Origin: Clostridia bacterium
GTDB taxonomy: Bacteria > Bacillota > Clostridia > HGM11514
Reading direction: 5' to 3'
Length of the DNA: 26,300 nucleotides
Assembly (NCBI GenBank): GCA_900757255.1
Contig: CAAENE010000183.1
Span: forward strand, 1 to 26,300
Part shown: positions 16,652-26,300 of the stretch, piece after piece
How positions within the stretch are numbered: position 1 is the first letter of the stretch
How the letters are laid out: every line of letters begins with the position of its first letter
The notes under the pieces: model-generated
Told to the model about the DNA's origin: nothing
The model's database searches: none
The model's input: only the letters and a program-made list of their open reading frames with translations
Program-made: the position numbers and the translations under genes

Positions 16652-17194
16652 ATGCTGCCTAATATTATTACAAGCATTCGGATACTGTTTGTGCCGTTAT
16701 TTATCTACGTATATTTTATGGACAGTCCCAATCGTCTCTATTATGCAATTGGGGTACTGGTATTGTCCGCACTGACTGATATTCTGGATGGCTATCTTGC
16801 GAGAAAACTAAATATGATAACCAGGATAGGGCAGGTGCTGGATCCGCTTGTGGATAAAGCGGTGCAGCTGACTGTAGCAGTCTGCCTGACGATAGACGAT
16901 ATCATTCCCCGCTGGGTATTTGGCATTATTATTGCAAAAGAACTGAGTATGGTGATTGGCGGGTCATTTCTGTTTAAGAGAAAGGTTACCGTTAGTGCAA
17001 GCTGGTATGGAAAGCTGGCGACAGTGGTATTTTATGTTGCAGTCGTTGTAATGATATTTACCAGCGAATACCGAAATGCAGTCCTAAATATTGTATTAAC
17101 AACAATCATACTGTTAAGTACACTGTTTGCACTTGTGATGTATTTCTGGAATTTCAAGGATGACCTTCGGGAACAGGTCAGACAGAGGGAATAA
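16652..17194 (+). CDS. pgsA: CDP-alcohol phosphatidyltransferase (PgsA-like)
   Basis: PNIITSIR and TD.LDGYLARK......G..LDP.VDK motifs; multiple TM helices. Confidence 0.88.
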   Translation: MLPNIITSIRILFVPLFIYVYFMDSPNRLYYAIGVLVLSALTDILDGYLARKLNMITRIGQVLDPLVDKAVQLTVAVCLTIDDIIPRWVFGIIIAKELSMVIGGSFLFKRKVTVSASWYGKLATVVFYVAVVVMIFTSEYRNAVLNIVLTTIILLSTLFALVMYFWNFKDDLREQVRQRE

Positions 17195-17200
17195 AAATAT

Positions 17201-17357
17201 AACCTCGCTGATATGTCCCCCACCTCTATAGGTGGCGGGTTCCGCTTCATAGAGCCGGGCGGTGGGCATATATCCCCCGCTTCGCGAGGTTGAAACGCCA
17301 TTTAGGAAGTTTTTGTGCTTGATGCACAAAAACTCTTAATGGAATCTTGTTATAACC
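17201..17357. repeat. Composite palindromic (REP-like) element
   Basis: Hairpin AACCTCGC...GCGAGGTT (17201-17291) with inner stems, then hairpin AGTTTTTGTGC/GCACAAAAACT (17308-17334), then GGAATCTTGTTATAACC identical to 246-262. Confidence 0.7.
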
Positions 17358-17384
17358 CTGAACGGATTTCGTTCAGGGTTTTTG
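17354..17384 (+). terminator. Rho-independent terminator downstream of pfkA-pgsA
   Basis: AACCCTGAACG/CGTTCAGGGTT stem followed by TTT. Confidence 0.75.
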
Positions 17385-17476
17385 AATACTTATGATAAAA
17401 AGAGAATTTAGATAGTAGTTTTGCATGATACACATATTGGTTCAAAAATGATTATCTGAATAAGAAAAAAGCCGCG

Positions 17477-17962
17477 TTATTTCTGTAACAAGTCTGAGCC
17501 TAACAGCTGAACAAATTTATCAATATTTTCAGTTAGAATGCCGCCGCTGGATAAATTGTGGGATTTTGCCGCAGCTTTTATAAAAAATCGGTCAAAACCG
17601 CGCAGCCGGGCCGGATCAAGTATACCGCCAAAGCAGCTTTTTAGAGTACAATGCTTTAATAGCGCGCGGTCAAAATTGGTGTCGAAATAATTTTGAGCAT
17701 GTTCCGCAAAACTGCAGCAGAGAAAGAGAGAGACATCTTTGGTGAGCAGAAAAGTTTTATTTTTTTCACAGAAATTTTTGATTTTGTTATTTACCCGCCC
17801 CATACGAATGGGACTGCCGACAATAATCCGGTCAAACTGAGACAGCACTACATGCTCATTGATTTGATGAACCGCAATCGTGCCCGGCAGCTTATCAGAT
17901 AAAAGAGAAGCGCAATGTTTTGTAGAACCATATTTTGTTGCATATAAGATCAATGTTTTCAT
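17477..17962 (-). CDS. Flavodoxin-domain protein (HemG/Flavodoxin_5-like)
   Basis: MKTLILYATKYGST..CA and FD.IIVGSPI..G motifs. Start at ATG 17962 with a GAGG RBS. Confidence 0.85.
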   Translation of the reverse strand: MKTLILYATKYGSTKHCASLLSDKLPGTIAVHQINEHVVLSQFDRIIVGSPIRMGRVNNKIKNFCEKNKTFLLTKDVSLFLCCSFAEHAQNYFDTNFDRALLKHCTLKSCFGGILDPARLRGFDRFFIKAAAKSHNLSSGGILTENIDKFVQLLGSDLLQK

Positions 17963-17981
17963 AGCATACCTCAATAAAGAA

Positions 17982-18017
17982 ATATGCTATAATAAACAAT
18001 TGTTTATTATAGCATAT
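17982..18017. promoter_or_regulatory. Perfect 36-bp palindrome: veg terminator and/or extended -10 promoter
   Basis: ATATGCTATAATAAACAA/TTGTTTATTATAGCATAT carries TGCTATAAT on both strands and is followed by TTCTTT on the minus strand. Confidence 0.6.
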
Positions 18018-18029
18018 CAACAACTTCAA

Positions 18030-18275
18030 TTACTTACAGATCGAAAGCTCGACCGTCCTGGTCAGTATATCGGTATAGCTGTAAGAAACTTTTCTGGTTT
18101 CATTGTTTAATAAAGTGTCAGTTACCCTGATAACAAATATACTTGGATAGGTGCTTTCAATAACGCCTACTGTGGTGCTGCATTTCTTTTTACCCCGGTT
18201 GGTAATAATTTTAACATTTTTACCAATATTACCTTCCAAGCGGTTTTTAATTTCCGCAAGACCTGCCTGTGTCAC
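18030..18275 (-). CDS. veg: Veg family protein
   Basis: IK..L...IGK.V....N.GKKK.....GVIE.TYPSIFVI...VSYSYTDILT.TVEL. GTG start with GAGGTG RBS. Confidence 0.93.
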   Translation of the reverse strand: MTQAGLAEIKNRLEGNIGKNVKIITNRGKKKCSTTVGVIESTYPSIFVIRVTDTLLNNETRKVSYSYTDILTRTVELSICK

Positions 18276-18303
18276 CTATATCACCTCATCTCAATTTAGA
18301 TAT

Positions 18304-18332
18304 AGTATACCACATTGTAACAATTTTGTAAA
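18304..18332 (-). promoter_or_regulatory. Putative sigma-A promoter of veg
   Basis: TTTACA-N17-TATACT with extended TG. Confidence 0.7.
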
Positions 18333-18404
18333 GAAAAATTTAGGCAAATTCAATAAATTGTACATATATTGTGGATAGGAGAGTGTGGGACACCAGAGCC
18401 TGTC

Positions 18405-18564
18405 TTGAACAGTGCAGGAGAGTATGGTACAATAACTGTAAACAGTTATTATACGTTGAACTAATGCGCCGCCGAACTTTTCCTCGCGTTGCTCGGAAAC
18501 GGCGATGCGCAATTGTACCACAAATCCTTCGAATTTGTGGTACAATAAATAGTATGAATTCATA
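18405..18564 (+). promoter_or_regulatory. Promoter and structured leader of cysteine synthase
   Basis: TTGAAC-N17-TACAAT with TG (18405-18433). Palindromes at 18431-18450, 18464-18511, 18512-18546 and 18553-18564. Confidence 0.55.
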
Positions 18565-18579
18565 GATAGGGGTAGAAAG

Positions 18580-19473
18580 ATGAGAGAGACAATACTGGAC
18601 GCAATCGGAAATACACCGCTGGTGCGGCTAAACCGGGTGAATCCATACGGAGAGGTGCAGATGCTGGCGAAGGTGGAAGGGTTCAACCCGACAGGTTCGA
18701 TCAAGGATCGCATCGCCCTCTATATGGTCAACCAGGCTGAAGCAGAAGGTACACTACGGAAAGGAAAAACCATTATAGAGGCAACGTCAGGGAATACCGG
18801 GATATCGCTTGCCATGATAGGCCGCGTCAAAGGATATGATGTTGAGGTGGTGATGAGCGAGGCGGTTTCGGTGGAACGGCGTAAAATGATAGGAGCGTTT
18901 GGCGCGAAGGTGACCCTGACGCCAAAAGAGGAGGGAACGGACGGCGCGATCCGGAAGGTGAAACAGCTGTTAGCAAAATATCCTGACAAATATTTCTGTA
19001 CCGACCAGTTTTCAAATCGGTACAATAAGCTTGCCCATTACCGGACGACCGCTGAGGAAATCTGGCAGCAGACAAAGGGAACAGTGACCCACATAGTATC
19101 CGCACTGGGGACCAGCGGAACGATTATGGGGGTCGGAATGGGGCTGAAGGAACATAACGATAAAATCCAGATCATAGAGGCACAGCCGGTGAAAGGGCAT
19201 TACATACAGGGGCTCAAAAATATGGAAGAGGCCATCGTTCCGGCGATTTATAATGAAAAAGCAATTGACCGGCATATCATGATTGATACGGAGGAAGCAT
19301 TTGAAATGGCCCGCCGGATTGTGCGGGAAGAAGGCATTTTTGTCGGGATGAGCAGCGGAGCGGCCATGCTTGCGGCGTTAAAAGCTGCAGAGAGACTCGA
19401 ACAAGGAGTCATGGTCATCATCTTTCCTGATAGGGGAGAAAAATATCTCAGTACAGATTTATTTCAAATATAG
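18580..19473 (+). CDS. cysM: Cysteine synthase (O-acetylserine sulfhydrylase, CysM/CysK family)
   Basis: Motifs IGNTPLVRL, NPTGSIKDR (PLP Lys), EATSGNTG, GTSGT, IQGL and PDRGEKYLST. Confidence 0.9.
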   Translation: MRETILDAIGNTPLVRLNRVNPYGEVQMLAKVEGFNPTGSIKDRIALYMVNQAEAEGTLRKGKTIIEATSGNTGISLAMIGRVKGYDVEVVMSEAVSVERRKMIGAFGAKVTLTPKEEGTDGAIRKVKQLLAKYPDKYFCTDQFSNRYNKLAHYRTTAEEIWQQTKGTVTHIVSALGTSGTIMGVGMGLKEHNDKIQIIEAQPVKGHYIQGLKNMEEAIVPAIYNEKAIDRHIMIDTEEAFEMARRIVREEGIFVGMSSGAAMLAALKAAERLEQGVMVIIFPDRGEKYLSTDLFQI

Positions 19474-19477
19474 CCGA

Positions 19478-19506
19478 AGAAGCCGCCCCAAAAGAGGGCG
19501 GCTTTG
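19478..19506. terminator. Bidirectional terminator
   Basis: AAGCCGCCC/GGGCGGCTT stem between convergent genes. Confidence 0.75.
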
Positions 19507-19534
19507 CTAATTGTAAACAGTCAAAATACAAGCG

Positions 19535-20146
19535 TTAGGACAGGTATGTATCCAGCCAATGTTCTGCAATCAAAGCATGGCCGGCCTGCGTCGGATGAAC
19601 ACCATCGGGCGTCCAGAGGGAGGGATTGCTGACAATGTAGTTCTGTGCAAAAATGCCGTCAAGTGCGATATAGTCTGTCTTAAATTCAAAAGCAAGCTTG
19701 CGGACAACATGGATTTTAGGGTCTAAATCTTCACGCCAAGCGATGCGGTCGGATGGTTCAGGCAGGACAAAGGGTTCCATCAGGATGATGCGCGTGTCGG
19801 GCAGCTTTTGGCGGGTTTCGTTCAGGATAAAGCGATAATCCTCTTCATATTTTTTTGCCGGCGTCGGGTCATTGCTGTCAAAACGACGCCAGCAGTCATT
19901 GATACCAATTAAGATAGAGAGGACATCCGGCTTTAACGCGATGCAATCCTCCTGCCAGCGAGAACGGAGATCGCGAACGCGGTTGCCGCTGATACCGCGG
20001 TTGATAAAAGTCACTTCTTCTTTTGGATTGTTGGCAAGATACATGCTTTTTACAAAATTGGGATAACCGGCTCCGAGGTTATAAAAATCTTCCCGGACGC
20101 GGCCGGCATCAGTGATACTGTCCCCCTGAAATAAGATGGTTTCCAT
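19535..20146 (-). CDS. SGNH/GDSL hydrolase
   Basis: Blocks FQGDSIT, NRGISG, IGIND and DGVHP. Start at ATG 20146 with AGGAGG RBS; promoter TTGACT-N16-TATAAT at 20218-20191. Confidence 0.92.
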   Translation of the reverse strand: METILFQGDSITDAGRVREDFYNLGAGYPNFVKSMYLANNPKEEVTFINRGISGNRVRDLRSRWQEDCIALKPDVLSILIGINDCWRRFDSNDPTPAKKYEEDYRFILNETRQKLPDTRIILMEPFVLPEPSDRIAWREDLDPKIHVVRKLAFEFKTDYIALDGIFAQNYIVSNPSLWTPDGVHPTQAGHALIAEHWLDTYLS

Positions 20147-20221
20147 TGGGATTCCTCCTAAAATTTTAATGAAAGATTGTTCCACGAACGATTATAGCAC
20201 CATAGATATAAAAGTCAATGC

Positions 20222-20254
20222 AAAAAACAAAAAAAGAACCCGGAGAGGGTTCTT
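20222..20254 (-). terminator. Terminator of queA
   Basis: AAGAACCC/GGGTTCTT stem followed by a T-run on the minus strand. Confidence 0.75.
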
Positions 20255-20257
20255 CTT

Positions 20258-21283
20258 TTAAAGAATCAGCATAGAATCTCCGAAACTGAAAAAACGGTAT
20301 TTTTCAGCAATTGCCTGCCGGTAGGCGTTCATAATCATGTCCTTATCGGCAAATGCACTGATAAGCATAAGAAGAGTGGACTCAGGCAGGTGAAAATTTG
20401 TGATAAGTGCGTCGATGGATTTTATTTGGTAAGGAGGATAGATAAAAATATCAGTGAAACCGGATTTTGGTGATACGGACCCATCTTCATTGACAACACT
20501 TTCCAGCGTCCGGGTGGAAGTGGTCCCAACAGCAAAAACACGCCCGCCCCTTTTTTTGGTGTCATTTATGATTTTTGCATTTGCTTCATCCAGAATAAAA
20601 TATTCCGAATGCATTTTATGATCTTCAATTTTTTCTTCCTTAACAGGACGAAAGGTTCCAAGACCTACATGGAGAGTAAGCGAGGCAACTTTAATGCCTT
20701 TCGCACGGATTTTATTTAAAAGCTCCGGAGTGAAATGAAGTCCTGCAGTTGGAGCGGCAGCCGAACCGTCGAATTTAGCATAAACAGTCTGATACCGCGT
20801 CTTATCCTCTAACGTTTCAGTAATATAAGGAGGAAGGGGCATATTGCCGAGCTGATCCAGAATTTCCTCAAAAACACCGTCAAAATAGAATTTGACAATG
20901 CGAAGACCACTGTCGATAATCCGCTCGATCTCAGCCGTCAGCTTACCGTTCCCGAACGTGAAACGCGCACCGGGTTTTGCGCGTTTACCGGGCTTTAGCA
21001 TCACTTCCCAATGATCGATATCAAGTCTGCGGAGCAGGACGAATTCAATTTTGCCGCCGCTGCCGCATTTTTCACCGAACAGGCGCGCCGGTATAACCTT
21101 GGTGTCGTTGATCACCAGACAGTCTCCGGAGGATAGATAATCAATGATATCATAAAAATGTTTATGCTCGACCGAGCCGTCTTTTTTATGCAGAACCAGC
21201 AGCCGGGAGTGATCCCGGTGAGATAGCGGATGCTGTGCAATCAGTTCTTTCGGTAAATCGTAGTAAAATTCTTTCAGGTCCAA
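20258..21283 (-). CDS. queA: S-adenosylmethionine:tRNA ribosyltransferase-isomerase
   Basis: Motifs [44 protein letters not shown] and YRFFSFGD. Confidence 0.97.
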   Translation of the reverse strand: MDLKEFYYDLPKELIAQHPLSHRDHSRLLVLHKKDGSVEHKHFYDIIDYLSSGDCLVINDTKVIPARLFGEKCGSGGKIEFVLLRRLDIDHWEVMLKPGKRAKPGARFTFGNGKLTAEIERIIDSGLRIVKFYFDGVFEEILDQLGNMPLPPYITETLEDKTRYQTVYAKFDGSAAAPTAGLHFTPELLNKIRAKGIKVASLTLHVGLGTFRPVKEEKIEDHKMHSEYFILDEANAKIINDTKKRGGRVFAVGTTSTRTLESVVNEDGSVSPKSGFTDIFIYPPYQIKSIDALITNFHLPESTLLMLISAFADKDMIMNAYRQAIAEKYRFFSFGDSMLIL

Positions 21284-21301
21284 ATGAATGCCTCCAAACG
21301 T

Positions 21302-22744
21302 TTATTCAAGGTTTGTTCCCGGGAAATAATGGGCCAAAATTTCGCTGTAGCTTTTGCCCATTTCAGCCATGGCTTTTGCGCCATACTGGCTCATACCGAC
21401 GCCATGCCCATACCCTTTTCCAGACAGGACAAAATCGCCTGTCTGACTGTTACTGCCGTTGATAGCCGAGCCGGTTTCTGTTCCGACAGAGGTGATAAAA
21501 ACCGGATTTGAGATAACGGTTCCATCAGTTGCGGTTAAGCTTGAAGCAGACTCGATCCCGCCGCTGGTGATCAGGGAATAAACAGAGGAGCCGCCCTGGC
21601 CGTTGATAGTGAACATCTGGCTTTTGAGGCCAAGAAAGGAGCGGATGCTTTCACGTTCATATTCCTTTGTTCCATTTGTTCCGGTGATAAGAAGCTTTGT
21701 TGCGCGTCCATCGGAGGAATATGAGGTTACCTGCATATTTGTAACTTCGCCGATATCAATCCCGGCGTTTGAAAGCTTCTGCCTGATATCTGCTTTAGAA
21801 AAGGTTACCGTCCAGGCACTGATATTTTTTCCGTCGCCGCTGTCATAGTCCTCAACAGAAATCAAATAGGGTATTTCACTGCCCCAGACGTCTTTGACAT
21901 TTGCAGTACGGCCGCCGCTTGCAGCGGAGTAGTAAATTAACGCAGGCTCGCCGTTATAGACCAGAATCTGCCCGGCAGTGGCATCGACGGCCGCATTTAC
22001 GCGAGGGTCTTCTCTGGAATAGCCGTAATAGGCCTGAGAAGCAGTGGTGTCACAGAGATTAAAGCCATACCGGCTATATTTATTGAAGTTGTTTACAGCA
22101 TAATTGCGGGCGCAAACCGCCTGAGCTTTGAGCGCCTCCGCCGGCCAGGAGGGGGACATTTCGATACTGACCACACCATAGAGATATTCTTCCAGAGGAA
22201 GTACATTGATAATTGTCATATCCGAGCTGGCGAGCCGTCGGATTTCGATTCCGCCGCGATATTTGGTATTGCCGATGGTGACGGGAGCATTATAAAGTGC
22301 TTTTGCCGCAAAAGAGTCCGTATTATCAGAAAAAACAAAGACGTCGGTGCCGCCTGATTTAACGGAAACACCGGTGACAGGAACGGCGTCGCCGCCCTGG
22401 TTGATAACGCGGAACGCGCCCGAAACGTAACCGATCAGCCCGCCGCCCGCAGCAGTGCGCGCTTCCTGTGCCGTTCCATAGCTTCCGGAATAGGTATAGC
22501 CGCCTTCTATTTTTTCGATTGAGATATTGGTAATATCTGAGCGGTTAGACATGGGAACAAACACATCATTGCGATAAGTTCCAAATGAAAATCCCTCGCC
22601 GGAGCTGACAGACACCGATGATTTCGCGCCGGCGCCAAAAAACAGTCCGATGCGGATCATACCGGGAAGCTCACGGGCAGAAACAGAAGTATAATAAGAA
22701 AACAGTAAAATCAAAGTTAATAATCCAGCTGTCCATTTTTTCAT
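21302..22744 (-). CDS. SpoIID/LytB domain protein (secreted peptidoglycan lytic transglycosylase family)
   Basis: Signal peptide MKKWTAGLL...VSA; motifs LEEYLYGVV..EM...WP.EALKAQAV.AR and G.GHGVGMSQYGA. Start at ATG 22744 with GAGGTG RBS; upstream of queA. Confidence 0.92.
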   Translation of the reverse strand: MKKWTAGLLTLILLFSYYTSVSARELPGMIRIGLFFGAGAKSSVSVSSGEGFSFGTYRNDVFVPMSNRSDITNISIEKIEGGYTYSGSYGTAQEARTAAGGGLIGYVSGAFRVINQGGDAVPVTGVSVKSGGTDVFVFSDNTDSFAAKALYNAPVTIGNTKYRGGIEIRRLASSDMTIINVLPLEEYLYGVVSIEMSPSWPAEALKAQAVCARNYAVNNFNKYSRYGFNLCDTTASQAYYGYSREDPRVNAAVDATAGQILVYNGEPALIYYSAASGGRTANVKDVWGSEIPYLISVEDYDSGDGKNISAWTVTFSKADIRQKLSNAGIDIGEVTNMQVTSYSSDGRATKLLITGTNGTKEYERESIRSFLGLKSQMFTINGQGGSSVYSLITSGGIESASSLTATDGTVISNPVFITSVGTETGSAINGSNSQTGDFVLSGKGYGHGVGMSQYGAKAMAEMGKSYSEILAHYFPGTNLE

Positions 22745-22920
22745 ATGTATCACCTCGCATTCATCATACCAGAAGATGAAGCATTTTGCAAGTTTTGACG
22801 AAATATGCGGAAAGCAGAAGCAGAAAAAAGCAGCTATTTGTCCGGTTTTGAACTGATGGGCTGCAATGACTGCCTGATACTGAAAAACAGGGCTTTTTTT
22901 GAAAAAGAAAGGAAATTCGC

Positions 22921-22949
22921 TTGAAATTTTAACCAATGTATGGTACAAT
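22921..22949 (+). promoter_or_regulatory. Putative sigma-A promoter of the gyrB leader/gyrBA
   Basis: TTGAAA-N17-TACAAT with extended TG, about 295 nt upstream of the gyrB ATG. Confidence 0.7.
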
Positions 22950-22963
22950 TATACTATTATAAT

Positions 22964-23213
22964 AAGTAGGAAAAAACAAAAAATCCGAACCTGAAAAATC
23001 CGGAAAGGCAGAGTATGCCAACCTTGCGCCGACAGAGGCGTTTTATTGTGCAAACAATAGGGTTTACGATGAGCGCAATGGCCGGAGATCTGTCCAAATC
23101 TTTGAATTGGCAAGCCGTTTTCATTGCGCAGCACCGTGCAAGGTGCAAAGCAGCGAAGGCGAGCGGCAAGGTGCGAACCGCTCGATTCGCATTGACGGGT
23201 CGGATTCCTATTT
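22964..23213 (+). ncRNA. Candidate structured RNA / 5' leader of gyrB (family not recognised)
   Basis: Closing long-range stem plus at least six internal hairpins, including a GCAA tetraloop; GC-richer than the AT-rich flanks. Confidence 0.5.
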
Positions 23214-23226
23214 TGTTAAAAGATAG

Positions 23227-25164
<1,938 letters not shown>

Positions 25165-25196
25165 GGACAGAGGAAAAAACGAGCTGGAGGCACTTT

Positions 25197-26300
25197 ATGA
25201 GTGATTATGAGAATCAAAAAATAGTGAATGTTGAAATATCAAAAGAGATGAAAAAATCCTATATCGACTATGCGATGTCGGTTATCGTAGGGCGCGCGCT
25301 GCCGGACGTGAAGGATGGCTTAAAGCCGGTGCATAGAAGGATATTATATACCATGTACGAAAACGGGATAACGCCAAAAAAAGCGCATCTGAAATGTGCG
25401 GCAACCGTTGGTGACGTGCTGGGTAAATATCATCCGCACGGTGACGCGGCCGTGTACGATTCCATGGTGCGTATGGCGCAGGACTTTTCCTTGCGGTACC
25501 CGTTGATAGACGGGCATGGTAACTTCGGTTCGGTAGACGGCGATCCGCCAGCAGCATACCGTTATACAGAATCGCGCATGAGCGAGCTTTCTATGGAGAT
25601 GCTGTCCGATATTGAAAAAAATACGGTAGACTTTATACCCAATTATGACGGCCGTATGGAGGAACCGGTCGTGTTGCCGGCACGGTTTCCGCAGCTGTTG
25701 GTGAACGGTTCGTCAGGTATTGCCGTTGGTATGGCGACAAATATACCTCCGCATAACCTGAGCGAGGTGATAAACGGTACCATAGCGCTGATTGATAATC
25801 CGGATTTAGAACCGTTGGATTTATTGGCATATATCAAAGGACCGGATTTTCCGACAGCCGGCCTGATCATGGGGCAGAGCGGTATCAGGAGCGCTTGTGC
25901 GACAGGGCGCGGGCGGATAATTATGCGTGCGCGTACCGAGATACAAGACGTGAAAGAGAATAAACAGCGAATTGTTGTGACAGAGATACCATACCAGGTG
26001 AATAAGGCAAGGCTGATAGAAAAAATAGCTGAGCTGGTGAAAGATAAAAGGATAGAAGGTATATCCGACCTGCGGGACGAATCGGATCGCAAGGGAATGC
26101 ACATAGTAATAGAGCTGAAGCGGGATGCGAATGCGAATATCATTCTGAATCATTTATTTAAGTATACCCAGCTGCAGGAAACCTTTTCTATTATAAATCT
26201 GGCGCTTGTGGATAACCAGCCGAAGGTGCTGAACCTGAAAGAGATGCTGGTGCATTATATCGAGCATCAGCGGGACGTTACCGTACGGCGGACAAAATAC
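25197..26300 (+). CDS. gyrA: DNA gyrase subunit A (5' part, truncated by window end)
   Basis: GGAGG RBS. Translation begins [48 protein letters not shown] and includes YHPHGD, GNFGS and AAYRYTE (catalytic Tyr). Confidence 0.93.
   Translation, partial: MSDYENQKIVNVEISKEMKKSYIDYAMSVIVGRALPDVKDGLKPVHRRILYTMYENGITPKKAHLKCAATVGDVLGKYHPHGDAAVYDSMVRMAQDFSLRYPLIDGHGNFGSVDGDPPAAYRYTESRMSELSMEMLSDIEKNTVDFIPNYDGRMEEPVVLPARFPQLLVNGSSGIAVGMATNIPPHNLSEVINGTIALIDNPDLEPLDLLAYIKGPDFPTAGLIMGQSGIRSACATGRGRIIMRARTEIQDVKENKQRIVVTEIPYQVNKARLIEKIAELVKDKRIEGISDLRDESDRKGMHIVIELKRDANANIILNHLFKYTQLQETFSIINLALVDNQPKVLNLKEMLVHYIEHQRDVTVRRTKY

Noticed and set aside
18377..18404. T-box-like sequence GTGTGGGACACCAGAG upstream of cysteine synthase
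   Set aside because: Poor match to GGTGGNACCGCG, no stem I/specifier or terminator, and it lies upstream of the best promoter.
20258..21283. queA not followed by tgt
   Set aside because: Split queA/tgt loci are not rare, and tgt may lie elsewhere; uninformative from this window.
22745..22948. N-terminal extension of the SpoIID/LytB ORF
   Set aside because: The signal peptide and GAGGTG RBS place the start at 22744.

Overview
Chromosomal region of a spore-forming Clostridia-like Firmicute (probably Oscillospirales/Ruminococcaceae-like, inferred from GyrA/GyrB motifs and gene content). In order: a cluster of palindromic repeats; a minus-strand SLOG/zinc-ribbon/YjbQ/GH16 operon; an mdh-malE malate-shunt pair divergent from an NADPH-type Fe-alcohol dehydrogenase; an XRE regulator divergent from a degenerate SLOG gene; an amidohydrolase; an MMPL/RND transporter with a large coiled-coil partner; tRNA-Val(GAC); pfkA; a pgsA-like gene; a flavodoxin; veg; cysteine synthase; an SGNH hydrolase; queA; a SpoIID/LytB protein; gyrB; and a truncated gyrA. 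Several elements are missing from the ORF track. These are a 52-aa Asn/Gln-rich microprotein behind a sigma-G-like promoter (9834-9992), a 47-aa ribbon-helix-helix protein with its own operator upstream of the MMPL operon (14799-14942), a ~250-nt highly structured leader/ncRNA candidate upstream of gyrB, and a dispersed family of hairpin elements sharing a terminal motif. All calls come from reading the sequence by eye; no searches were run.
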